Shown here: in pieces, positions 49,474 to 59,925 of the stretch
Layout: every line of letters starts with the position of its first letter
Position numbering within the stretch: the first letter of the stretch is position 1
Origin: Candidatus Eiseniibacteriota bacterium
Lineage (GTDB): Bacteria > Eisenbacteria > RBG-16-71-46 > CAIMUX01 > VGJL01
Length of the DNA: 64,000 nucleotides
Direction: 5' to 3'
Assembly (NCBI GenBank): GCA_963792585.1
Contig: CAWBWI010000006.1
Location: forward strand, 736,001-800,000
The notes under the pieces: model-generated
Database searches by the model: none
Seen by the model: only the letters and a program-made list of their open reading frames with translations
What the model was told of the DNA's origin: nothing
Position numbers and translations under genes: made by a program

Positions 49474-52400
49474 GAAGGTCGAGGAGTTGCAGCGCGTGCG
49501 GATCGAGCGCTTCCGGGATCTGCTCGGAAGAGCGGTCGTCGGAGAGACGATCCCCCTGGAGGCGTGGTGGGCGCATTGCCCCACGCCGGTGCCGATCGGG
49601 GGGCGTGCGGCGTTGGCCTACACGCCGATCGTCGAGGGAACGGTCTGGGGGAAGGAGTGGGAGAGCGCATGGTTCCACCTCAGCGGAACCGTGCCCGCCG
49701 CCTGGGCGGGAAGGAAGATCGTCGCACAGATCGACATCGGCGGCGAGGGACTGGTCCTCTCGGGATCGGGGGAGATCCTTCAGGGAATCTGCAACGGATC
49801 GGTCTTCCAGCCGGACTTCGTCCGGGACATCGTGCCCCTCAGGGAGCGCTGCATAGGTGGTGAGAGGGTCGAGTTATGGGTCGAGGGCGCCGCGAATGGG
49901 CTGTTCGGGATATTCACGGAACCGGATCCCGAGGCGGAGGCCACCAATCGGCACGGGCACTACGAGGCGGTCGCGCGGAGGATGCGCCTGGGTGTCTTCG
50001 ACGGGGATCTATGGTCGCTCTGGCTGGATTTGCGGCTTGTCCTCGGACTGCTGCGGCGATTGCCGGAGAAGAGCACGCGGCGGGCCCGGCTGCTCCGGGC
50101 GGCGGGCGAAGCGATCGATATCTATGCCGGGGGACGGAAGAATCTGTCGGCGTGCCGCGATCGGCTTTATATGGAACTGCATAGGCCCTCTGGAGCGTCG
50201 GAGGTGCGCGTGACCGCCGTGGGGCACGCGCATATCGACACCGCCTGGCTCTGGCCGGTGGCCGAGACGGTCCGCAAGTGCGCCCGCACCTTTGCGACCC
50301 AGCTCGCACTCATGCGGGAGTATCCGGAGTACGTGTTCGGGGCGTCTCAGGCGCAGCACTACGCCTTTGTCAAGGTGGCTTATCCCGAACTGTATAAGCG
50401 CGTGAAGGAGGCGGTAGCGGAGGGTCGCTGGGAGGTTCAGGGCGGCATGTGGGTCGAGGCCGACTGCAACCTCGCATCCGGAGAGTCGCTCGTGAGGCAG
50501 ATTCTCCATGGCCAGAACTTCTTCCGCGACGAGTTCGGCGTCGTTCCGGACAACCTGTGGCTTCCCGATGTCTTCGGATACTCGGCCGCGTTGCCCCAGA
50601 TCTTGCGCAAGACGGGAATGCCCTACTTCCTCACGCAGAAGATCTCGTGGAATCAGTTCAACGATTTCCCCCATACGAGTTTCCGTTGGCGCGGGATCGA
50701 CGGGAGCGAGGTCATCGCCCACTTCCCTCCGGAGAACACATACTGCAGCGCGCTCGACGCGGATACGTTGATCGCCGGCGCGGAGAACTTCCGTGAGAAG
50801 GGCTTCCTGCCCGAAATTCATCTCGCTCTTCGGGATGGGCGACGGGGGCGGGGGACCAAAGGACGAGAGCATCGAGTGGGGGCGCCGGATGGCCGACCTC
50901 GAGGGGACCCCGAGGGTTCGATTCGGGACCGCCCGGGACTTCTTCGCGAGGCTCGGCGAGCATGCCGACCGGCTTCCCGTCTGGGTCGGAGAGCTCTACC
51001 TGGAGTTGCACCGCGGGACGCTGACGACGCAGGCCGCGGTCAAGAAGGCGAACAGGAAACTGGAAAACCGGCTCCGCGCGGTCGAATTCCTCTGGTCGTG
51101 CCTCCCGCTGGAGGGTTATCCCGCCGCGCGCCTCGACGCGATCTGGAAGGAAGTCCTGCGCAACCAATTCCACGACATCCTCCCCGGCTCGAGCATCGCG
51201 ATGACCTATGAGGTCACCCATCGGGAGTATCGGGATGCGTTGGGCGGCTGCGAATCGCTGCTCGCCGACGCGGCCGACAGGCTCTTCGTGCGCGATGAGA
51301 CGGCGATCGTCCTGTGCAATCCGTTGCATGGGACGTTTCGGGGAGCGATTCCGCTTCCCGGCGGCTGGGACGGATATGAAGTTCTGGATAGGGACGGCGC
51401 GACACTCGCGGTGCAGCAGGAGGTGGACCACGCGGTGGCGCGCGTCACGATCCCCCCGTATTCATTCGCGACGCTTCGCCAGGGCGCGTCGGCGTCCGCC
51501 TCCGATGCGGAATTTGCGCACGGGGAGGCGGGGCCTGCCGGGACCGCGCACGCGGGGACGGCAACCGGGAAGTCGACGCGTGTGAATGCTGCGCGCACCT
51601 CGGGCGACCCCACTCCTCAGGAATTCGTACTCGAGAACGATCGCGTCCGCTACACGCTCGCCGCCGATGCAACAATTCGCGAGGCCATCGACAGGGGGAG
51701 CGGCCGTCCGCTCCTCGAGCCGGGTCGCCCGGGAAACGTACTGACCCTATACGAGGACAGACCCAACAACTGGGACGCCTGGGATGTCGACCTATTCTAC
51801 GAGGGCGCGGTGATCGAGACGGCGCGCGGTGTGGAGGCGACGCCGCTCCCCGGCGGCCCGGTTCGCCGGGGGCTGCGTTTCCGCCTTGCGATCGGCGACT
51901 CGGAGATCGAGCAGATCGTGTCCCTCGAGGTCGGCTCGACGCGCCTCGACTTCGATACCCGCGTCCGATGGCGCGAGCGACACCGGATGCTGCGCGTCGC
52001 ATTCCCCATCGCCGTTCGCGCCGAGTCCGCGACCTTCGATATCCAGTATGGCTTCATTCGCAGGCCGACCCACCGGAACACACTCTGGGACCAGGCCCGA
52101 TTCGAATCGGTCGCGCACCGCTACGTCGATCTCTCGGAGGCGACCCATGGCGTAGCGCTCTTGAACAACGGCAAGTACGGCCATAAGGTCCTCGACAACG
52201 TGATCGACCTGAACCTGCTGCGTTCCCCGACCTATCCTGATCCGGACGCAGACCGCGGGGAGCATCGCTTCACATACAGCCTCTATCCACACGAAGGGGA
52301 TCTCGAAGGCTCCGATGTGATCGAGCGCGCGGCGGAACTCAACATGGGCGTTCTTTCCTTCCCCGGATATGCGGTTCTAGATAAGCAGGGGGCAGTCGAT

Positions 52401-52688
52401 CTGGATATCCTGGCGCCCCCGGTGTGGGTGGAGGGCGACGGCCTCTCGATGGAGACTCTCAAGAAAGCCGAGCGGGACAACAGCCTGATCGTCCGGCTCG
52501 TCGAGACCCGGGGCCGCGCATCGGAAGGGACCCTTCACGCCACGCCGAATCGCTACACGATCTGCGAGACGAATCTCCTCGAGTGGGAGGACGGCGCCCT
52601 CGAACCGGTCGGGGGACCGATCCAGGTCGTCCTCCGTCCATTCGAAATCCGAACTTACCGGCTCCGGCCGACGGAGGTGACCCGGTGA
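49466..52688 (+). CDS. GH38 alpha-mannosidase; +1 frameshift at 50814-50816
   Basis: GHAHIDTAWLW, WLPDVFG in the first ORF; GMGDGGGGP, YLELHRG, NQFHDILPG in the second; deleting one A gives PEFISLFGMGDGGGG. Confidence 0.92.
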
Positions 52689-52690
52689 AA

Positions 52691-53752
52691 ATGCTTCGAG
52701 CGCTCCGTTTGACCCTGCTTGGCATCGTCCTGCTCCTCTCCCGCGGGACCCCCGCCGCGTCGGATCCGGCCACATCGGATCCCGTCGCGCCCGCGGACTC
52801 GTCCCACGTCGGTGCGCCCACCGATGTCGCCATCTTCCGGAACGCGCCGATCCTGTTTCGTTCCGACTCCACCGCAACCGGCAAGGAGCAGACGGATGCG
52901 CAGACCGGACGTCTCGTCACGGCGCAGGTCCGACTCCCCGAACTCGCCGGTCCCCATCGGATCAAGGCGCTCCTCACCGTCAAGCCGGTCCCCAAGAGCG
53001 AGCGGGAAGTCTACGACCGCTGGGATCGGGCGGGGAACATCCGCATCGCTTTGGGTGAGCGGGAGATCGAGATCGTCCGCTTTATCACATCCTATGGCGG
53101 CCGCACCGAACACGAGATCGACGTCACCGAACTCGCTCCCCTGCTGCGCGGGGCCTGCACGATGCGCGCCTTCATCGATACCTGGGTGAGCCCCGGATGG
53201 ATGATCGACTTCGCCTTGCGCTACATCCCCGTCCGGGAGTACGACAACGCCACCTGGGCGGCGCCCGCCTTCTACACCGACTCGTTCAACGCCGCGGAGA
53301 TGTCTCGCGGGAGGGACGTCCAGGTCGACGTCCCCAAGGGCCTCGCGAGGGTGGTCCTGCGCTATCTCTCGACCGGTCACTGCACCGACGGGATCGACGC
53401 CGACGAGTTCATTTCGAAGGCAAACGTGATCTCCGTCGACGGGGTGGTCGTCGCACGCTACCATCCGTGGCGGGACGATTGCAGGCAGTTCCGAGACCGC
53501 AATCCGTACACGAGCCATTGGACGGACGGAAGTTGGTCATCCGACTACAGCCGGAGCGGCTGGTGCCCCGGCGTCGAGGTCTTGCCGATGGAGATCGACC
53601 TGACGGATCACCTGACCCCAGGGAAGCACACCCTCCGATTCCGCGTGGAGGAGATGCGCCCCAAGGACGAGAAAGGGAATTACGGGTACTGGCGGATCTC
53701 GGCTGCCCTGATCGGGTGGAAGAAGATCCCCGCGCTGTGGCGCAATGAGTGA
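52691..53752 (+). CDS. Secreted PNGase F-like peptide-N-glycosidase
   Basis: Signal peptide; DRWDRAG, EIVRFITSYG, STGH...DEF, SRSGWCPG parallel the PNGase F motifs DEWDR, EIGRFITPYW, ISGWG...AEW, RAGWCPG. Confidence 0.82.
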   Translation: MLRALRLTLLGIVLLLSRGTPAASDPATSDPVAPADSSHVGAPTDVAIFRNAPILFRSDSTATGKEQTDAQTGRLVTAQVRLPELAGPHRIKALLTVKPVPKSEREVYDRWDRAGNIRIALGEREIEIVRFITSYGGRTEHEIDVTELAPLLRGACTMRAFIDTWVSPGWMIDFALRYIPVREYDNATWAAPAFYTDSFNAAEMSRGRDVQVDVPKGLARVVLRYLSTGHCTDGIDADEFISKANVISVDGVVVARYHPWRDDCRQFRDRNPYTSHWTDGSWSSDYSRSGWCPGVEVLPMEIDLTDHLTPGKHTLRFRVEEMRPKDEKGNYGYWRISAALIGWKKIPALWRNE

Positions 53753-55280
53753 TCTTCTCCCCCTGCTTCCCGAACCGGAACATGTCTACCTTTCCGGCGG
53801 AGGGATCGCTCTGCGGTCTCTCACAACCCTTCGCGTCGTTCCCGACGAACCGGCGACCCGGCATATCGGGGAGGAAATCGCCGGCGAGCTCGCGCGGATC
53901 ACCGGACGCCCCCTACTCGGGCCGGTCGGGCCTGCGGCGGGGGCCGGATCCGGGGCTTCCCTTCTGCTCACGATCGACCCCGAGCAACGCGCACTCGGCG
54001 AGGAGGGATACAAGCTCTCCGTGGGCGCGCAGGAGATTCGACTCGTCGCCGCAACGGCGGCCGGCCTTTTCTATGCGGGTCAGAGCCTCCTGCAACTCTT
54101 TCCGATCTCGCCGGCGGGCGATGCGACCATCCCCTGCCTCGAGATCGTCGATCGGCCTCGGTTCGCATGGCGCGGGATGCACCTCGATGTCTCTCGTCAC
54201 TTCTTTCCGGTGGACCGGATCCTCCGTTTCCTCGAGCTCATCGCGGCGCACAAGATCAACCGATTCCACTGGCACCTGACGGACGATCAAGGGTGGAGGA
54301 TCGAGATCCCGCGGTATCCGCGCCTCACCGAGGTCGGCGCGCGCCGCACCGAGCCGGACGGATCCATCCACTATGGCTTCTACAAGACCGAGGATATACG
54401 GACGGTGGTCGCATATGCCGCCGAGCGGCATATTACGGTCGTTCCGGAGATCGAGATGCCCGGCCATGCCATGGCGGCTCTCGCCGCGTATCCGGAGCTG
54501 TCCTGCACGGGCGGACCATTCACCGTGCCGAACACGTGGGGCATCTTCCAGGACGTCTTCTGCGGAGGAAAGGAAGAGACCTTCCGCCTACTCGGGGATG
54601 TCTGCGAGGAAGTGGCCTCCCTGTTCCCGGGCCTGTACATCCACATCGGCGGCGACGAGTGCCCGACCGCTCGCTGGAGGGACTGCCCCGCCTGTCGCCG
54701 GCGGATGACCGAAGACGGGTTGGCGCCCGCGGAGGGAGTTCCCGCGCGACCCGAAGAACTGCAAGGCTATTTCATTCGCAGGATCGCCGCGCTTCCCGCC
54801 CTGCGGGGCCGACGGCTGATCGGGTGGGACGAGATCCGCGAAGGCGCTCCTCCACCCGAGACGATCGTGATGTCCTGGCGCGGAATCGAACGGGGACGCG
54901 AGGCCGCGCAGGCGGGACACGATGTCGTCATCTGCCCCGCCGACGCGTGTTACTTCGATTCGTATCAGGGTCCGAGGGACCTCGAGCCGGAGGCCTTTCC
55001 CCGCGACGTGTCGCTCGAGGCGGTCTACGACTTCCACCCGGTGCCGGCCGAATTATCCGCCGAGGAGGAGAGCCATATCCTGGGCGTGCAGGGGAATATC
55101 TGGACCGAGCATATCTCCACATGGAACCACCTCGAATACATGGCGTTCCCCCGCACCTGCGCACTGGCGGAGGTCGCCTGGTCCCAGGTCTCCCGGCATG
55201 ATTGGAACAGTTTCCGCGACCGCCTGGGGACGCACCTGCTGCGGCTTGCGGCACGGGACGTGCGATACCGGCAGCCGTGA
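53745..55280 (+). CDS. GH20 beta-N-acetylhexosaminidase
   Basis: WRGMHLDVSRHF, HWHLTDDQGWR, PEIEMPGH, HIGGDE, IWTEH. Confidence 0.95.
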   Translation: MSDLLPLLPEPEHVYLSGGGIALRSLTTLRVVPDEPATRHIGEEIAGELARITGRPLLGPVGPAAGAGSGASLLLTIDPEQRALGEEGYKLSVGAQEIRLVAATAAGLFYAGQSLLQLFPISPAGDATIPCLEIVDRPRFAWRGMHLDVSRHFFPVDRILRFLELIAAHKINRFHWHLTDDQGWRIEIPRYPRLTEVGARRTEPDGSIHYGFYKTEDIRTVVAYAAERHITVVPEIEMPGHAMAALAAYPELSCTGGPFTVPNTWGIFQDVFCGGKEETFRLLGDVCEEVASLFPGLYIHIGGDECPTARWRDCPACRRRMTEDGLAPAEGVPARPEELQGYFIRRIAALPALRGRRLIGWDEIREGAPPPETIVMSWRGIERGREAAQAGHDVVICPADACYFDSYQGPRDLEPEAFPRDVSLEAVYDFHPVPAELSAEEESHILGVQGNIWTEHISTWNHLEYMAFPRTCALAEVAWSQVSRHDWNSFRDRLGTHLLRLAARDVRYRQP

Positions 55281-55289
55281 TCCTGGCAC

Positions 55290-56108
55290 CTACCCCAAAA
55301 ACGCGAGCACAATTCGGTTGAACTGCTCCGGCTCTTCCATGCTCGGCAGGTGCGCCGTTCCCGGGATGATCTCGTGCCGTGCGCCCGGAATCTTCCCGGC
55401 GATCAGCTTCGCGATGTGCCGGAATTCCGCCACATCATGCTCCCCGACGAGGACAAGGGTCGGAACCGTGATTCGATCCAGTTGATCCATCGCGGGCGGC
55501 TGCAGGTCGATCTCGATCGCATCCGACACCGCTGGGCGGGAGCAATTGTTCAGCTGCATCTCTCGAACCAGCTCCCGCACCGTACCCTGGACCTCCCCCG
55601 CATCCCGGCGATCGCCATCCACCCACATCTTCAGGTTCAACTCGGTTGCCGCTACCGGATCGCCTCGCGCGAGTGCGCTCTCCTCGGCGGCGAAGAACGC
55701 CTGTACCTCCGCCGATTCGAACTCGTATCCGCCCAAGGCGGGATCGACCAGGACCAAAGCAGTGACCATCTCGGGATGGGCCAGGGCGAGGCTCAGGGCC
55801 ACGGCTCCCCCGAACGAGGCTCCGATGACCTCGACCCGATCGATTTCCAGGTATCTCAGGAGGGCAACGACATCCTCGTGGTGCGAGAACATTCCCGGCG
55901 CGATCGCGGATCGACCGAATCCCCGCAAGTCGCACCGGATGACGAAGCGCGGCTTCGAGAACTCCTCAACCTGGGGATCCCACATGCGGGAATCGGCGAC
56001 GCCGGCGTGAAGCAGCAGCAGCGGCTTTCCCATTCCTCCGGCTTCGAAGTAAATCTCGGTGCCGTGGATGGGCGCCAATCCCGCCCTGCCTTGCTTCGAT
56101 GAAGGCAC
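55290..56108 (-). CDS. Alpha/beta hydrolase
   Basis: LLLHAG, DLRGFGRS, GASFGG nucleophile elbow, GEHD, AHLPSME. Confidence 0.92.
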   Translation of the reverse strand: MPSSKQGRAGLAPIHGTEIYFEAGGMGKPLLLLHAGVADSRMWDPQVEEFSKPRFVIRCDLRGFGRSAIAPGMFSHHEDVVALLRYLEIDRVEVIGASFGGAVALSLALAHPEMVTALVLVDPALGGYEFESAEVQAFFAAEESALARGDPVAATELNLKMWVDGDRRDAGEVQGTVRELVREMQLNNCSRPAVSDAIEIDLQPPAMDQLDRITVPTLVLVGEHDVAEFRHIAKLIAGKIPGARHEIIPGTAHLPSMEEPEQFNRIVLAFLG

Positions 56109-56136
56109 ACTGCGCTCCTTTTCCTGAGCCGTTCGG

Positions 56137-56664
56137 CTAACCCAGATACCGCTCCCGAAGCACCTTTTGATGGTGGATCTCGTGGCCGGCCATGACGAAG
56201 AGGAGCGCCCGCACTGAGACCTCCTTGCCCTTGGCCGTGCCACGGCGCGGCAAGACTTCCGGCTCGAGGCTGCGGAAGAGGCGCGTATTCGCTTCGCGCA
56301 AGAGCCGAAACTCCTCCGCCAGGTCGACCAGCGCGCGTCGATCGAAGTGCGCTTCCCGCACGAAGTCATTCTCTGCGAAACCGGGGAGCGGCGTGCCGTC
56401 TCCCCGCGCGAAGCAAAGAAGCCGGTAGGCGAAGACCCGTTCGGCATCGATCAGGTGGCCGATGACCTCCTTGATGCTCCACTTCCCCGGGGCATACCGA
56501 TGCCCTGCGCGCGCCTCCGTCAATCCGGCCACGAGGCCGAGCGTGTCCCCGGCGCCGGCGGCCAAGATGTCGATCACGGAGCCGTCCGGCACCTGCCCGA
56601 CGTAACCGGCGTAGAACTCCGCGTACTCGTCCGCGGCCGGTCGGATCGCAAATGGATCGGTCAT
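56137..56664 (-). CDS. DinB-family protein
   Basis: RBS GAGGAGG; YAPGKWSIKEVIGHLIDAERVFAYR, AGHEIHH. Confidence 0.92.
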   Translation of the reverse strand: MTDPFAIRPAADEYAEFYAGYVGQVPDGSVIDILAAGAGDTLGLVAGLTEARAGHRYAPGKWSIKEVIGHLIDAERVFAYRLLCFARGDGTPLPGFAENDFVREAHFDRRALVDLAEEFRLLREANTRLFRSLEPEVLPRRGTAKGKEVSVRALLFVMAGHEIHHQKVLRERYLG

Positions 56665-56851
56665 GGGGTCCTCCTCGTAGATGGCCGCTCCCGTGTGCGG
56701 TCGGCAAGGGTCCAACAGTCCGTGAAGCGTATCACGACGACCCAGGGGGTTGCGCCTTCGCCGCCCACCTCCCAATCGAGCCGGCGGACGGACTCCGTGA
56801 GGAACCTGCGCCCCCCTCCGCGGTACAATGCCGGTTCCGGAAATGAGGTCC

Positions 56852-57730
56852 ATGAAACGCTGGAATCGACGGATACGCCTGATCCCAATCCTCGCCCTCA
56901 CGCTCATCGGGGGGGCGTCGTGCGCTCATGCCCCGCGGACGCTCTTCACGTCGGCTTCGGGAGATCACGTTCGGGTGCGCATGATCGCCGACGCTGAGGA
57001 GCTGATCCCCGGAGCCACCCACCGGATCGGCGTCCTGTTCGAGATGGATCCGGGTTGGCATCTCTATGGACCCACCAGGAACGACTCCGGCCTGCCGGTC
57101 CTCCTGGAGCCGAGCGCCTCCGAGGGGTTTTCACTCGGCGAGCCGCTCTGGCCGACCCCCCATCGACTCCTGTCCGAGGGGCCGGTCCTCGATCACGTCT
57201 ACGAGGATCGTGTCACGGCGATCCTCCCGCTCGCGGTGCCGCCGGACGCCCGTCCGGGAGAGAGCGTGAAGCTTCAGTGCCGCGCCTCCTGGCTGGTCTG
57301 CGGCACCGGCTGCATCCCGGGCGAAGGGGTCGTCGAGATCATTCTGCCGATCGGCAGGTCCGGCGTCCCACGAGCGTCGAGCGATGCGCGTTTCATCCAC
57401 GCCGCCGAGGGACGCTTGCCGATGCCGCTCGCGCCGTCCGCATCGTCGGACTGGGGCCGCGAGGATTGGACCATCCGGGTCCCCGGAGCCGCCGCGCTCA
57501 CCTTCTACCCGTTTGAAACCTGCGCCCCCCTGGTCGACATCATCGGCGATGCCGTGTCGAAGACCGATCGATTGCGGCTGCGGCTCGAGCCGGACGGGCC
57601 GGCGGACAGCCGGATCACCGGGATCCTCGAGGTCGCGACCTCCAACACACCGCGTTTCTACTCCATCGACTCCCACCGCCCACCGGTCGGGGCGGGAGAA
57701 TCCACCGACAAGAACGGATCTCAACGATAG
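56852..57730 (+). CDS. Stand-alone DsbD N-terminal (alpha) domain protein, probable lipoprotein
   Basis: GGASC lipobox-like site; PGWHLY, WLVCGTGCIPGE (CxxxC). Confidence 0.85.
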   Translation: MKRWNRRIRLIPILALTLIGGASCAHAPRTLFTSASGDHVRVRMIADAEELIPGATHRIGVLFEMDPGWHLYGPTRNDSGLPVLLEPSASEGFSLGEPLWPTPHRLLSEGPVLDHVYEDRVTAILPLAVPPDARPGESVKLQCRASWLVCGTGCIPGEGVVEIILPIGRSGVPRASSDARFIHAAEGRLPMPLAPSASSDWGREDWTIRVPGAAALTFYPFETCAPLVDIIGDAVSKTDRLRLRLEPDGPADSRITGILEVATSNTPRFYSIDSHRPPVGAGESTDKNGSQR

Positions 57731-57746
57731 AAAGGAACCTGCAACG

Positions 57747-58400
57747 ATGAACCTGAAGGCGCGCACCCATCTCCTCCTCCTCCTGCCCGCGCTCGCGCTC
57801 ACGGCATTTGGTTCGGCCGCCAGGGCCTCCGACGCTGCCGCTCCCGCCGTCGCGGAGGTCGGCCGGCCGGCCCCGAACTTCACCCTCAAGGACACCGACG
57901 GGAAGGAACACCAGCTGAGCAACTACATCGCGCAAGGCAAGGTCGTCGTCCTCGAGTGGTTCAATCCCGACTGCCCCTTCGTCAAGCGGCATCACGCGCA
58001 GTCCAAGACGATGGTGGACCTGAGCGCCGCGTACAAGGACAAGGGCGTCGTCTGGCTGGCGATCAATTCGGGCGCTCCCGGGAATCAGGGCGCGGGTCTC
58101 GAGCGCAACGCAAAGGCGAAGAAGGAATACCAGATGGACTACCCGATCCTGCTCGATGAATCGGGCGCGACGGGACGGATGTACGGGGCCAAGACGACGC
58201 CCCACATGTTCGTGATCGGCAAGGACGGCATCCTCCTCTACGCGGGCGGGATCGACGACGATCCCCGCGGAGCGAAGGCGGACCGCGTCAACTACGTCGA
58301 GCAGGCCCTCGCTTCCTGCGTGAAGGGTCGGCCGGTGGCGAAGAACCACTCCGACTCCTATGGATGCTCGGTGAAGTACAAGGCGATCTCAGCGATGTGA
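57747..58400 (+). CDS. Exported AhpC/TSA thioredoxin-fold redoxin
   Basis: Signal peptide; APNFTLKD, LEWFNPDCPFV, AKTTPHMF, GGIDD, YGCSVKY. Confidence 0.92.
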   Translation: MNLKARTHLLLLLPALALTAFGSAARASDAAAPAVAEVGRPAPNFTLKDTDGKEHQLSNYIAQGKVVVLEWFNPDCPFVKRHHAQSKTMVDLSAAYKDKGVVWLAINSGAPGNQGAGLERNAKAKKEYQMDYPILLDESGATGRMYGAKTTPHMFVIGKDGILLYAGGIDDDPRGAKADRVNYVEQALASCVKGRPVAKNHSDSYGCSVKYKAISAM

Positions 58401-58598
58401 TCCATGCCGGGCGCGGGGGCGATCGATCGGATCGCCTCCCGCGCCGGCCCCGTGGAACGATCTGCTCGCGATCCTCCAGGAAGAGCGCGTCGAGACGGCG
58501 CGCCGTGGATTCGAAGGCCCCAACCGGTTCACCTCCCGCGGTTGTTCTTTCGAAATGACCCCCGGGTGCCCCGTTTCATGGCGAGCCTCCGCCAATCA

Positions 58599-58756
58599 AG
58601 CAAAGTTGAATAGTCGAAAACGCTATTAAAGTTTGCTGTCCGATTTTGAATAGTGGAGTGCCGACAGGCACGCGACTCAACCCTGAAAAGGGCAGGTCAA
58701 CACTTGAGGGGCCTCAGACAATCCCGCGTAATCGACTCTAACTATACTGGTTAGGG
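58599..58756. other. AT-rich, hairpin-dense intergenic element between convergent genes (possible ncRNA or terminator complex)
   Basis: 13/15 inverted repeat 58599-58637; GTGCC-GACA-GGCAC; CCCT-GAAA-AGGG; TGAG-GGGC-CTCA; CTCTAAC...GTTAGGG. Confidence 0.4.
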
Positions 58757-59851
58757 GTTTGAATAATCGCACCACTGGGCGACGCTGTTTACGCGGACGT
58801 TCCCGGCATGGGTAAACCACCCGGCGGCGATGAGCGTCCCTCGGTGCATTGCCAGCGACGCGAGACCCGTCGATACCCACCCCGGCGCGGCTCCGTCGAG
58901 TTGGTCTCCCAGCGAAACCCACGCGGAACCGCTCCAGCGCATCACCTGATTCCTCACCTCAGCCCGCCGATGAGCGATGCGACCGCAGGCGACGAGGCGT
59001 CCGTTCTGCAGGATCAGGGAGGTGACCGTTCCGACCAGACTGTCGCCGTACGCAGTCCAGGCAAGCCCATCCCACGCGGCGATGCCGTAGAAGGTCCGAT
59101 CATCCTCGAAGCGGAATGACCCGGCGGCGTACAACCGCGAGCCGTCGCTCGCCATCGCGCTGATGTCGCCCAGGAGAGGCCTTCCTTCGTTGGTGTCGTT
59201 TCCCATGGAATGCCATGCGACGCCGTCCCACTGTGCAATATAGGGCGCGGGGACCCCATCGATGTCGACGAAGCTGCCGGCGGCGATGAGATTCGCGCCA
59301 GGCGTGCAGAGGGCGGTCGTGGCGGCGAACGCGCTCAACCTGCCGATTGACTGCCATTGCGCGCCGTCCCAACGGCCGATGACCATGTCGGAACTGATGC
59401 GCAGTCGCCCACCGGCGATGACCGCCCCCTGGTAGCTCGCGAAGGCCCAGACCCTCCGGTTGTCGAGCCCGGCGGTCATCGGTTGCCAAGAATCGCCATC
59501 CCATCGGCCAATCCACTCTTCGAAGTGCGTCCCCTCCAGCCATCCGTGCACTACCGGCCGATGATCGTGGATCAGCAGGCGGGAGACGCTCAGCGTTTCG
59601 GCCCCGACCGTCCTCCAGGCGCCGTCGCGCCAGGTCGCGAGCCCGCAGGACTGGTCCGCGCCTTCCGTAACGGCGAACGCCCCGCCGATGTAGAGCGAGT
59701 CCCCGTCGCTCGCAACGGCGTTGACCCCGCCGTCCACTCCTTGCGCGAGCGGCGACCATCCCGACACGCAGGACGGTTTCGTCGATGAGTCCTTGTCGCA
59801 ACCTGTGAAGAGCAGGAGACCGGTAACGATGTGAACCGCGAACGCTCGCAT
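58751..59851 (-). CDS. Lipoprotein with WDG..W beta-propeller repeats
   Basis: MRAFAVHIVTGLLLFTG-C lipobox; repeated (A/G)G.F....A.WDG..W units. Confidence 0.82.
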   Translation of the reverse strand: MRAFAVHIVTGLLLFTGCDKDSSTKPSCVSGWSPLAQGVDGGVNAVASDGDSLYIGGAFAVTEGADQSCGLATWRDGAWRTVGAETLSVSRLLIHDHRPVVHGWLEGTHFEEWIGRWDGDSWQPMTAGLDNRRVWAFASYQGAVIAGGRLRISSDMVIGRWDGAQWQSIGRLSAFAATTALCTPGANLIAAGSFVDIDGVPAPYIAQWDGVAWHSMGNDTNEGRPLLGDISAMASDGSRLYAAGSFRFEDDRTFYGIAAWDGLAWTAYGDSLVGTVTSLILQNGRLVACGRIAHRRAEVRNQVMRWSGSAWVSLGDQLDGAAPGWVSTGLASLAMHRGTLIAAGWFTHAGNVRVNSVAQWCDYSNP

Positions 59852-59925
59852 GAAGGACCTCCGACCGCCCCATTCGGTCGAGAAACTCCTGCCGAACGGG
59901 GGAATCGAAACGCCGGACGTTCCCC

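Noticed and set aside
58640..58730. Possible tRNA-Sec or c-di-GMP riboswitch
   Set aside because: No cloverleaf, T-loop or UCA anticodon; the riboswitch consensus is incomplete and no downstream gene is in the right orientation
58690..58757. attC-like pattern after the lipoprotein stop (CCCTAAC...GTTGACC), and GTTAGGC near 11576
   Set aside because: R and L boxes do not pair properly, there is no integrase and no cassette array
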